Positions 52,970-64,000 of a stretch of 64,000 bases of DNA are shown here, one piece after another. Under the pieces are notes generated by a model. The model had not been told where the DNA came from and did no database searches. It was given only the letters and a program-made list of their open reading frames with translations. The translations under genes and the position numbers were made by a program. Every line of letters starts with the position of its first letter. Positions within the stretch are counted from its first letter, which is position 1. Origin of the DNA: Octopus vulgaris (lineage: Eukaryota); the NCBI GenBank assembly GCA_951406725.2, contig OX597817.1, positions 90,768,001 to 90,832,000 on the forward strand. The letters run 5' to 3'.

Positions 52970-53320
52970 ATTACTATTATTACTAAGGTGGCGAGCTGGC
53001 AGCTTAGCAGTATTTTGTCCATCTTTACATTCTGAGTTCAAATCCATTGAGGTCAGCTTTGCCTTTCATCCTTTCGAGGTCGATGAAATAAGTACCAATT
53101 ACACAATGTAAGTAACTGGCTCCCTCCCACCAAAATTTGAGATCATGCGCCTATAGTAGAAAGGATTATTATTATTGTTGTAGTTATTTGACTTGACTCA
53201 GGAATAGCCTTGTTCCTGGTAGATTTCGTGTGGGTAGCAGGTTACTAACAATAATGCTAGATATAGGTGTAGGAGTGGCTACATAGGCGTAGGAGTGGCT
53301 GTGTAGTAAGTAGCTTGCTT

Positions 53321-54787
53321 CCGGTTACCCAGAGTGTAATTGGTTTGTCGGTTGTGTGCGAGTCAGACGTTTTTCCTTTTGCTGCTTTGAGGTTAGTAAT
53401 GTACTCGGACCTTAGCGGGTCTGAGCTGTCTTCTTCAGAGGAGGAGCTGCTGAGAGCAGTAGAAGGCATTGATGAATATTTAAAGAAAATGAAGAGTTTT
53501 GCAGAGGCTGTGGAGGTGAAGAGAAAAGAGGTGGATTTATCAAGAATGAAGGAGCATGGAAAAATGGTGCAGAAAGTGGGTGGCAACGTGACGTTGTCAC
53601 CCCCACAAAGAATAATGGATGGCATAAAAAGAAGAACGGTCATATACAAAGTTTACTCGATAAAGAGTAAGAAGGTCGACCTAATAGAAATAGAGAAAGT
53701 AGAAAAGGCAGTAAAGGAGGAATCCAACAGAGTAATATACATGTCAAGAGGATGCCAATATGGGACAATGGTAGTCCAGTTTAGAACAGAGGAGGAGGCA
53801 AGGAGGCTGGCGGGTAGAACGATAAAGATGAAAGAAATGGTCCTTCTACCCACGTATCTTGGAAGAAGGACTTCCAAGATAAGGGTAGAAGGAATTCCGC
53901 CTGATATAAATGTGGCTTGGGTAGCGGCAGCTGTCCTTGTTGGAAGCGAACAGAAGGTGGCTGTCCTCCAAGCCACAGAAACTGAAGAAGGAGGATCAAA
54001 AGGAAGGACACTCGAGTTAATTATTCAGATGGAGGAGGGACAACTTGAGAACTTGGCAGAGACTGTGACGCTGGGGGAAATCATGCTGAGGGTGTGGGTA
54101 GAGGGCAGAGTACCACGTTGTTTTAAATGTGGCCAAAAGGGCCACATTAGAGCATACTGCCCTCTACAAAGGACTATGGCTGAGGATATAGTTGCGGAGA
54201 CAGAAGAGAAAAGAGAGGAAGACAAAATAGACAAAGGAAACGATAAAAAAGAGGAAGAATGGAAAATTGAAGAGCGCAATAGGAGAAAGAGGAAAAAAAG
54301 AAAAGACACTGAGTATGATGTGGCACCCCAGTCCAACCCCATCCCACCGAAGACCACTCAGACCCACCCTCCCCATACAGACACCAAACCCACCCACCCT
54401 ATTTCCCCTCAAGAAAAAAAGAAAAAGAGAGAACAGACACCACAAAATTTAGAAGACCCCCCCCTCCCGGAGAAAAAGGTTATGAATGCATGACGGAGAG
54501 AATGTTATCATTAAGTGACAGTGAAAAGGGAAAAAGGATTGGACGAAAAGAGAAAAAGGACTCAGGACCCAAAGACAGCGAGTTGTGTTACTCAGTGTGG
54601 GGTGAGTAGCACACTCTTCATAATATCGTTTTCAGATATCATTCATATTATCATATTTTAATTTGTTCTTCATGTGCATTTTCATGTTCATTCATTATAT
54701 CATATTTTATTTTTAATTGTTATATGTCCCCACATGTGTTGTAGTGTCCCCTCTGTGTATTGCCTTTATGGCAAATTTAATAAAATA
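53321..54787 (+). mobile_element. ORF1-only non-LTR retroposon (HAL1-like, L1/Tx1-type)
   Basis: 13-bp TSD AAGTAGCTTGCTT (53308-53320, 54788-54800), single long ORF, U-rich 3'UTR, hairpin TTGCC-tttat-GGCAA (54760-54774), AATAAA (54779-54784). No EN/RT sequence. Confidence 0.85.
53399..54493 (+). CDS. Gag-like ORF1 protein (predicted RRM-like region + CCHC zinc knuckle, L1/Tx1 ORF1p/ZCCHC3-like), 364 aa
   Basis: Uninterrupted frame from ATG 53399. Motifs VQFRTEEEA, IRVEGIPP and VWVEGRVPR-CFKCGQKGHIRAYC (CX2CX4HX4C). Basic, Pro-rich disordered tail. Confidence 0.85.
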   Translation: MYSDLSGSELSSSEEELLRAVEGIDEYLKKMKSFAEAVEVKRKEVDLSRMKEHGKMVQKVGGNVTLSPPQRIMDGIKRRTVIYKVYSIKSKKVDLIEIEKVEKAVKEESNRVIYMSRGCQYGTMVVQFRTEEEARRLAGRTIKMKEMVLLPTYLGRRTSKIRVEGIPPDINVAWVAAAVLVGSEQKVAVLQATETEEGGSKGRTLELIIQMEEGQLENLAETVTLGEIMLRVWVEGRVPRCFKCGQKGHIRAYCPLQRTMAEDIVAETEEKREEDKIDKGNDKKEEEWKIEERNRRKRKKRKDTEYDVAPQSNPIPPKTTQTHPPHTDTKPTHPISPQEKKKKREQTPQNLEDPPLPEKKVMNA

Positions 54788-54918
54788 AAGTAGCTTGCTT
54801 TCCAACCAAATGGTTCCGGGTTCAGTCTCACTGCGTGGCACCTTGGGCAAGTGTCTTCTACTATAGCCTTGAGCTGACCAAAGCCTTGTGAAATGGAAAC
54901 TGAAAGAAGCCCGTCGTA

Positions 54919-55015
<97 letters not shown>

Positions 55016-58000
55016 ATATGTTTGTGTGTCTGAGTTTGTCCCCGCAACATCGGTTGATAACCGATGCTGGTGTGTTTACATCCCCGTAACTTAGCGGTTC
55101 AGCAAAAGAGACCGATAGAATAAGTACTAGGCTTCCAAAGAATAAGTCCTGGGGTCGATTTGCTCTACTAAAGGCGGTGCTCCAGCATGGCCACAGTCAA
55201 ATGACTGAAACAAGTAAAAGAGTAAAAGGGTATACCCACAAGCTTTCAATAATCATTCAAGTGCTTAATATCCTTCTGATAATCTTTTCTGTTGCTAAGA
55301 GGCAAACCTTCTATAGAAGCTCTACAGAACATTCCATTCCAATCTCCTTCAACCATTTTTCTATGTCGTTACTCACAGTCCTTAATGCACCAATTATTAC
55401 AGGCACAAATTCTAGTTTTCATATTTCAAATTTCACAATCTCAAATTTTGAGTGATTTTTTTTCTAATTTTTCACCTTTCTTCGCAATCCTGGAATCAAA
55501 TGGACATGATGACTCAATCAGTAAGCAAATTTGCTTTTCCTTGTCTATTATAGTTATAGCTTATTATTCTTTTCTATCCTTTTATCCATTTGAAGTGGAA
55601 AATCCCATAAAATTTTGCTTTTATCTGACTCTTCCTACCCAATGATTATGCCAAGTACATCAGCACAAAACTTTCACAACTTGATCATGCTTCCATTTCT
55701 TATATTCTCCTTGAGCCAATTTGGGACATTCTGCAACAATGTGTGTCATTTTTTCATCCCAAATATAACATTTTGCTGACACCTTCTGCCCATACACATA
55801 TTTTCTCAGGTTCTTTCTTTGAATTGACTGATCTTGAGCTACTATAATAAGGCTCTCCTGTTTCTTTTTGCAATTACCTCTTTTTCAACCAAGCCAAGGG
55901 ATTTGTTTCACATACATCCTTAGTGATTTTCCAAAACTGACCATGCAAAGGTTCCTCATCGATCTGATTTGCATGTTCTCTAACAATTTCATACTTGATC
56001 ACCTGTCCTGTATTCACTGCCTTTAGTAATTTCTCTGGGCTGGTCTCCAAATAATCTAGTAAGCTGTTGCATTCCATCTGCACATACTCTTCCACACCAT
56101 TTAAGCCTCTTCAAATATGACCAGTTAATATCAGCTTTCAAGTAGTGAGCTCCATACATAATCAACAACTTTCTAATTTTTCTGTCAAGCTTCTGTATGT
56201 CACTTTTTGTTCAATCCACAGTTCCAGCTTCATATCTGATAACTGATATTGCTCATGAATCTAATGCTTCAGTAACGTTTTTTTTATTTCAACCTTGGCT
56301 GTAATATTTTTTCTCATTTTCCTTCTATACTCTCTACTTGCAATTTGCTTCATCTTTCCATGTTTTATTTCATCTGTCTTCAGTATTCCCAAATACTTGT
56401 ACCACAGTTCTTTTTCAACTGCTTTCATTGTTTGTGTATCTAGCATTTCAATTCCATAGCTTCCTTCAAACCTTGCCCATTCCATTATCAATATTTCAGT
56501 CCCAAATTCCATACCTACATCATTTGAGAAAATGCAAACAAAACGCACAAAACTTTGAAGCTGCTTCTCACTTTTTGTTTAAAGCCTTATATCATCCATA
56601 AACAGGAGATGATTTATCTGACCATACTCTTTTCTCAAATCATAAGCTATTTAAACTTTCCATAATATCAAACTGAGTGGTATCATTGCCATTACAAATA
56701 GTAATGGTGATAAGCTATCACCTTGAAATATACCACATCCAATGCTCACTCTGCCAAGTCTGTTTTCCTCCAATCAATTCAATATTCCAATGTTTCATAC
56801 TTTCATTGACCAGTTTCTTCATATTTTCTGTCACTCCAAAGAATGCTTATTGTTTTAATTATCCAAATGTATGGTACCATGTCAAAAGCTCCTCTGTTAT
56901 CCAACCTTTATTATTATAATTATTATTATCATTATCATAATTATTATTATTAATCTTGTTGTTGATGCTTTGATATGTACAAGTTGTTCCAAGTCTCACC
57001 CAGATTTTCTCAATTAACAACAGGTTTTACTGTCGGTGTTATTTATGATTAACAATGATGCATAGTAGGAAAAGAAGATCTAATTCTGAGGATTAAGATT
57101 ATATCAAATATCTTTGATTTTAAATAAGTTTCAAGCAAATCAAATAGTCTTCTTCTTCTTCTTAGTAATAGTAGCAGCAGTAGTAGTAGTGGTGAGTGGA
57201 GTAGAAGCAGCAGCGGAAGAGTATGAAAGAAAATATATTGTGGTATTTAATAACATCTGAGTTCAAATCCTGCTGAGGTCAATTATTCTTGTCATCCATC
57301 CAGGGTGGATAAAATAAAGGTACCTGTCAGATATAGGCTAAATTATAATTAATTCTGCTCTGTACCCTGAAAATATGTGACTGTGTGCCTATATTGGAAA
57401 TTGTTGATTCACTTTGTCACAATAGGACAGAATTGGTCGAGCATTGGACATTAAAAATCATTACTATTGACTTCTTTATTCCTTCAAAATAATTTTGTTC
57501 TTTTGACCTTTATCCTCTTTCTCTTTCACCCTCTCCCTCCCTCCTCCTTTTCTCCTCTTTCTCTACCACATCTGTTTCACTTTTTAATTGGTCAGTCCTT
57601 ATATCTTTTATTTATATATTTTTCATTTATTTATATATTTAGTTTTTTTTTTTTCCCCTTTCTATCTATTTCGTCCATTCTTTGTTGTGGCGCCATCCCC
57701 TGACAAAGGACTTTCAAAGAATACAGAAGTGAACAGTAACAATCAATATGTATATCTGAACATGAATATTTGTGTGTTTATTCGTATATATGCATATGAG
57801 TGTATGAGCATGTGTACAAGTGTGTATGTGTGTGTATAATTATTGACAGAAATGACCCGTCCAAAACAAAACTGTATTGTTTACAACATACAAAAACTCT
57901 TGCCAAATATATATAAGAAAGATATATTGATCAAGGTCATTGATCAGGCTATTTATTTCTCAATCCACTAGTTAAGCTAATTTCATAAAACCCTAATTTT

Positions 58001-59619
58001 ATATCACAAGTTTTTTTTTTTTTATCTCAACTCTTGTCAGAAATTTTCCATAAACTATGCTAATACTATTAACAGTATTTCAACAGTTTTTTAGTTTCAG
58101 TCCCAGATTTTTGAACTCTTGTTTGGTTTGTTTGGGGAATAATGGAAAGATTTGCTATAGACATGAAATAATTGTTACTCTCATGGAAATTCCACTTATT
58201 TTGAAAATTGCTGGAAAAATTATTTTAAAGGTTGCTGCAGATTTTTACAGAACTATGAAACATTTGATTTTTGAGATAGTGTAAAGTTCACATCAGCTTT
58301 AGTAAAACTGCAGTTTTAGGAGTGATCATCCTCAAAAACTATATTCTTTAGCATACACTTGTCACTTTTTCTTACTTGAGAGCTGTTAACTCTGAAACAA
58401 AATTAGACATATTATGTTGCAACAGAATACCTATACTAGCAAAATTTTAAATAAATCTTAATGCACTTCACTACATCTCTATTTTCTAAAACAAATATAT
58501 TAATAAAACATATGTCATATTCAATTTGAAATATATTTTTATTAGTCCATTATCATATTTATAATGAAATATAAATGTTGCGTCATTGTCATTATCATCA
58601 TTTTCATCATCATAATAATTTTATATCCACTTTCCAAGATTGCAACAGTCTTATTTAGATCTCCTTTCCTCCTAGAGGCAACATTAAACTATGTTACACT
58701 CATAGATTTTATTTTTTGCATGGTTTCTACGTTTGGGTGCTTTTTCTGATATGAACCACTTTACAGTATGTACTGTGCATTTGATTTTGGTATTTGAGAG
58801 GGTGTCATGTCCTCAGCAAGGCAAGACTAAAGGGTTCTTGCAACCATATGCTGATTCTGCTCAGTTGGCAATCACTTTACAGAACGAACTGGGTGTGTTT
58901 TATCATGGCACCAAAACTAATGAGACTGCTTTGTACTCTGAATAACGACATAATGAGTTCTTACCACACTGTAGTTGTCTATCCTTGAGACAAACAAGTG
59001 ACAGAGCGGATAGGTTAAAGGGTAACTGCAAAAATGAAACAGGGAAGGGAGGAAGATACAAATGTAAGATGTGGGAGGTGGGATTCAGAGAGATGAGATA
59101 ACTGTGGAAGGAAGGACAAATGGGAGAGTGATATGATATTTATCCCCAACCCATCTTCTGCTCTCTCTTCCACAATCCTCTGCAATTATTCTGTCTCTCT
59201 ATTATAGTAAGAGCATATGATGGATATGATTTACCTGGGGAAGAGGAAGTTGTAGGTTGAAGCTAGCTAGTAAAAGAGGGTATGAGTGATGAATAATGAG
59301 ATGGTAAATGAAAGAGAGTGATATATATCAATAGAGGGGTGAAATGAGAGAAAGGGAGTAGTGGCTGATAGAACAGAGGAATTATACTGAAGACAGCTAA
59401 ATGTATCTATAATAGATTTATGTTTTCAATTTCATCTCATAGTTTATCTGTCAGTTTTCTAACAAACAAAATAAATATTGTGTGTGCAACAGGTCATGAC
59501 TTCAGTTTTATTCCCTGGTTAAAGTGTTACATATATAGATTATAGCAACATAATGTTATAGACAACAAAACTCTGAAATTACAATAACAAACGTTTTAAG
59601 GCAGAAATATTATACATAA

Positions 59620-59852
59620 TTCTTTTACATGTTTCAGTCATTTGACTGTAGCCATGCTGGAGCACCATCTTAAAGGGTTTTAGTCCAAGAAATTAACCCC
59701 AGGACTTATCCTTTGTAAGCTTAGGACTTGTTCTATTGGTATATTTGCCAAACTGCTAAGTTTTGGGGACATAAACACACCAACATCAGTTGTCAAGCGA
59801 TGGTGGAGGGTACAAACAAAGACACACATATACACACACATACATACATACA

Positions 59853-59914
<62 letters not shown>

Positions 59915-60080
59915 AATACATGCATACATGACAGGCTTCTTTCAGTTTCCACCTACCAAATCCACTCACAAGGCTTTGGTCAGCCTGAGGCTATAGTAGA
60001 AAGCACTTGCTCTAGGTGCCACACAGTGGAATTGAACCTGGAACTGTGAAGTTGGGAAGCAAGCTACTTACCACACAGCA
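59620..60080 (-). mobile_element. SINE family A copy
   Basis: Family consensus on the minus strand with (CA)n centre. Confidence 0.9.
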
Positions 60081-60249
60081 ACATCTCCACACAATCACAC
60101 CTGTGCCTACACTAAAAAAATGTATAAAACAATAATTTAAACAAAATGTACATAACAAAAATTAAAATGAAATACTATTAGTAAAGTTAGAGTTGCAGTC
60201 CCAACATTTCTGCCAGCTTGCCATCATTCATATTATTGTCTTGTGCACC

Positions 60250-60800
60250 TAAAAGCACTAGTTAACACTTCTTTTCATTGGTTGGGGTTGAAAAATACCA
60301 ACATCTGCAGGGTAAGATTGCCGTAGTTCATTATTGTGCCTTAATTTTATTTTTGCAACATTCTATCTTTTTCTTGCTGTCTGTATTCTAAACTTAACTG
60401 CATTTGCTGCTTTTACCCCATCAGAAAATCTGTGGCACCACAGGTGTGTGATTTCATCTATAAGTTGTCTGCTTGATTTTCTAAGGACAGGGAATTTCAG
60501 CTTCTTGTCTTCTTCATTTTCTTTGTTATTTTTTTGATGTGGGGCATCATTGTTGTTTTGTGTGAGTTGTTCCCTCTCAATAGTTTTAGTTATTCTAGGT
60601 TGATTTTTGATTTTCAAGACATTTCATCCTTTCCATTTTGTGTTTCTTTGATGATTTAATGCTTACCTCAGTAACCATTCTTTCTTCCTTGTTTCTTGAC
60701 AATAGAATGATCCTTTTAATTTCTACTGTTAGAGTACAGGGTGTTTGTGTGTTTGTTTCTAGGACTGATAAAAAACGATTCTTCCCGTCATTCTGAGAGT
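60250..60800 (-). mobile_element. Highly decayed LINE N-terminal region, possibly R4-type
   Basis: A/G-rich minus strand with weak resemblance to R4 N-terminal motifs (..aagaatggttactgag.., ..CGA..). Confidence 0.35.
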
Positions 60801-61523
60801 TTGAACTGCTGGTATGCTAGAAAAGGGGGTTTGTAGCAATTAATGCTGCTCTCATCTTCTTGTCTAATCCTTCTTGGGCATAAAGCTCTGAAGTTGTTTT
60901 TACTACAACAAATTTAACAACTAGGCTTTCTGCTCTGTATCATGACCTTCATGCTCTTTGTTTTAGCACCCCCAACTAGGCACAAGAATCATTAGAATCT
61001 GTAAATCCATTTTGACACCCCCTGACTACATGTTGCCCCTTTTCAGTCCTGCTTTAGCCACTCACCATACTTCAACACAAAAGTGATGGCTAGCTATGGA
61101 TCTACATGTTTCCAATGTCTCATATCACCACCCTTGTATTTCTTTTCTCTCTGGAGAGGGGCATAAACATATTGGCAGAGGTGTGTCTAATAATTTCAGC
61201 CTATATTTTGGCTGAGTCTTGGTTTTGAATATGTAGCAGATAGTGTCATAACTTTTCCCATTTTACAGTTGAAAAGTATTTCTTTTGAGATGTTCTGGAG
61301 AACTTGTAGGAATTCCTGTCATGAGGGTAGATTTAATACTGTGAAACTTTTTTCTAAAGCATTGATATATAATTTTTTTTTCACTGTCTGTCTTACATTA
61401 ACATGGCAAAGAAACATTATTTAGTCAGAAAATGATTTTTGACTACATTTTTGTTTCTCTCAGAACCATGTGAACTCTAAAGAATCTGTTTGTTGAATAA
61501 CATGTTAAAACAACTGTTATATA

Positions 61524-61911
61524 GGCGCAGGAGTGGCTGTGTAGTAAGTAGCTTGCTTACGAACCACATGGATCCGGGTTCAGTCCCACTGCATGGCACC
61601 TTCTACTAAAGCCTCAGGCCGACCAAAGCCTTGTGAGTGGATTTGGTGGATGGAAACTGAAAGAAGCCCGTTGTATATATGTATGTATGTGTATGTTTGT
61701 ATATGTTTGTGTGTCTGTGTTTGTCCCCGCAACATCGCTTGACAACCAATGCTGGTGTGTTTACATCCCCGTAACTTAGCGGTTTAGCAAAAGGGACTGA
61801 TAGAATAAGTACTAGGCTTACAAAGAATAAGTCCTGGGGTTGATTTGGTTGACTAAAGGCAGTGCTCCAGCATGGTGGCCACAGTCAAATGACTGAAACA
61901 AGTAAAAGAGT
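61524..61911 (+). mobile_element. SINE family A, near full-length reference copy
   Basis: ggcgcaggagtggctgtgtagtaagtagcttgcttacgaaccacatggatccgggttcagtccc ... gactgaaacaagtaaaagagt. Confidence 0.93.
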
Positions 61912-62343
61912 ATATAAGAAATTTAAAGTGCAAATGCCACTATTGCTGGTGTTGTTACAATCACAATCATTAAAGATAACCGTTTGACTGTTTGGAATAT
62001 TTTATCTCTTAACTGTTAATTCAAAAGTTCATTTCATTTTTATTCTTCAAATTGTGTATTTAGCTTCATGTGTTTTTCCATATTATCTGCTGTAATGTTT
62101 TGTCATGTATCATATTTTTGCTTGGTGGCCATTTTGAAAATGAAAATGCTGTGTGAGTAAATGAATAAGAAAAGTCTGTAAAAACAACCCACCTTCTAAT
62201 TGTCTAATCCTAAATATCAAAGATGGGGTATTCCTCAGAGTATTATAATCCTTTTTAGCAAGTATGCCAAAGAATATTTCATTTAGTGATGCTATAAATG
62301 GTCTAGCTTTGGAGTGAAATAAACATATGTGTACACTTCAAAA

Positions 62344-62375
<32 letters not shown>

Positions 62376-62479
62376 TGTTGAATGCTGGGAAGATTGGTAT
62401 AAACTGTGGTATTTTTCAATGTGATTCTCTATCACTAGTTCTTTGTTGCAAAACTCTCAGTCCCCTAAGCGAGCTGTTA

Positions 62480-63440
62480 AATAACACAAGACATGGATAG
62501 AGATTATCAATCAATCACCTCTTTTGCATGGATGTTGTAAAGCCTTTTGCAAAAGGAGATCAACAACTGGAGCGGCTTTTAAGTATAGTAAAACAAGTTA
62601 GGGGCAATATTGAAATGTCAGTTGGCTTTAATAAATGTGCTGAAGTTACATTCTTTAAAGGAAAAGTTTTGAAATCATTCAGTAAGAGGAGACTACCACA
62701 ATAAAGAAATTAGATCCTGAAGAAAACTACAAAAAATATTCATGTGTGTGAGGGGATAGCATCCAGTACCCACAACTGCTACCATACTGTGAGAGATAGC
62801 CTACAAAGCAAACTTAATGTGAGAAATAAAATTCATGCCATTAATACCCTGGTTATGCTTTAATATAAAATTGTTCATAAATGATATAAGTAGATATACA
62901 AATATTCAGATTTCTCACAATGCACCAAAGGCAGATGTAGACAGACTATACGTTCTATGAAAGGAAGGAAAACAAGAACTGATGCAGTGATAACTGTCTT
63001 TGAAGACAGCAACCAAAGGGTTAGACACCTATCTCAGGAGCAAAACTGGATACTTGAATTGTTTGCAAGCTCAAGTATTCAGTACCAAAAAATTAAACTC
63101 AGTATCAAAAGAAGTAAACAAATAGATAAAGGAATTAAAGATCACTGAGATTAAAGCATATATAGAAACTGAAGAATACAGTGCAAACGCAAAGCAAATA
63201 AAAGCACAAGTCTAATCAAATGGAATTTCAGAGATGCATTATAAGTGGAAAAGTAAGGCATTACATAGTAAATACTCTATGAGAAACAGCAATTCTGATG
63301 GTGGTATATATGAGTCATGACTCATCAGTAGCTATCTTTACTGAGGCTTAAATCAGAAAAACAGGGCTCCACTATAGCAGCTGAACATCAGTACATGTTC
63401 ACTAGAAATTACCAATCCAATATTCTTAAAAGTCGTGTTG
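62480..63440 (+). mobile_element. R4/Dong-clade LINE RT fragment (different, older family)
   Basis: INHLFCMDVVKPFAK (decayed YMDD), NIEMSVGFNKCAEV, KLNVRNKIHAINTL, KADVDRLYV, WKSKALH, IAAEHQ.MFTRNY. Confidence 0.82.
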
Positions 63441-64000
63441 ATATTTCCTGTCACTGGGGTGACAAACTGACCAAATTATTGACATATTGGACAAAATGCT
63501 TAGCAGCATTTTGTGTGTCTTTATGTTTTAAGTTCAAATTCCACCAAAGTCAACTTTGCCTTTCCTCTCTTTCAGCGTTGTTGAAATACATACCAGTTGA
63601 GCACTGGGGTTGATGTAATCAACTTACCCACCTCCTCTAAAATTACTGGGCTGGTGCCAAAATTTGAAACTGATATTTCCCATCATTTTAGTGGTACCAC
63701 CAGAGAAACAAGTAACCCTTCATCTCTGGGTGCTCAATGTTGGACTTGGTCACTTTTTGCACTGGATCATAGGGGTGGAGAAGAAGGATTGAGTAGAAGG
63801 TGATCATTGTGAGGCCTAGAGTGTACATGAAGAAAGAACTTTGGAATGAATGAGTAGAGATGACATAAGTCGGTTGTGAAGAGCAGAGGCCACTATAGAA
63901 GAGGTAGAGTGAAGAAACAGCATGTCTATAGTTAAGCATTGGATTGTGAGTTCATAGGTCTTGAGTTCAAATCAAATTATTGTACATTCAAGACATTGAA

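Larger units (their letters stand above)
53263..55229 (+). mobile_element. SINE family A copy split by the ORF1-only element
   Basis: Head to 53320 and remainder from 54788 rejoin into the family consensus (compare 61524-61911). The first 18 nt are tandemly duplicated (53263-53280 / 53283-53300). Confidence 0.92.
53170..56906 (-). mobile_element. R4/Dong-clade LINE, 5'-truncated and dead, 3'UTR split by a SINE insertion
   Basis: Remnants DVGMEFG, YKYLGIL, PLHGQFW and EIGMECSVELL*KVCLLATEKIIRRILST, same family as 14963-16850. Both ends abut (AAT)n. Confidence 0.88.

Noticed and set aside
53315-53398. ORF-track start at TTG 53315 (392 aa)
   Set aside because: It lies in the TSD/SINE and leader. 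The first ATG is at 53399.
592-59931. Dozens of ORF-track proteins rich in HT, CV, YI or poly-I/V/T
   Set aside because: They are translations of (CA)n, (TA)n and triplet microsatellites or SINE bodies, with no domain content.
60660-60690. Minus-strand GAA TGG TTA CTG AG|gtaagc (EWLLR, phase 2) as Epac exon 1
   Set aside because: Spacing differs from the EW..CLDKR pattern and it lies in what looks like decayed LINE sequence. Not excluded without RNA data.
61524-61600. tRNA-like sequences (also at about 7900-7975 and 48143-48205)
   Set aside because: A/B boxes are present but run straight into SINE bodies with no complete cloverleaf, so they are not tRNA genes.

Overview
AT-rich, repeat-dense animal genomic DNA. 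The SINE families and microsatellite style suggest octopus/coleoid cephalopod (recognition, not a database result). I found one host coding exon: a 143-bp minus-strand exon (24205-24347) of an Epac/RAPGEF4-type cAMP-regulated GEF, encoding the start of the N-terminal cNMP-binding domain. No other exon was recognisable, so the rest appears to be very large introns. These contain tRNA-derived SINEs (at least 3 families), decayed LINEs (CR1, RTE, R4/Dong), two full-length dead mariners, maT/Tc1 derivatives, hAT and piggyBac-like MITEs, Helitrons and a HINE. Three observations stand out. (1) A ~1.47-kb ORF1-only (L1/Tx1-type, CCHC knuckle) retroposon with an intact ORF, 3' hairpin, AATAAA and a 13-bp TSD sits inside the tRNA head of a SINE, which itself sits in an R4 LINE. 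(2) A palindromic Penelope-type repeat carries a type I hammerhead ribozyme on the Epac sense strand, preceded by its own antisense copy. (3) A SINE/mariner chimera supplies a Kozak ATG and splice donor in phase with the Epac exon. Nearly all ORF-track entries are microsatellite or SINE artefacts. Repeat boundaries are approximate unless TSD/TIR positions are given.
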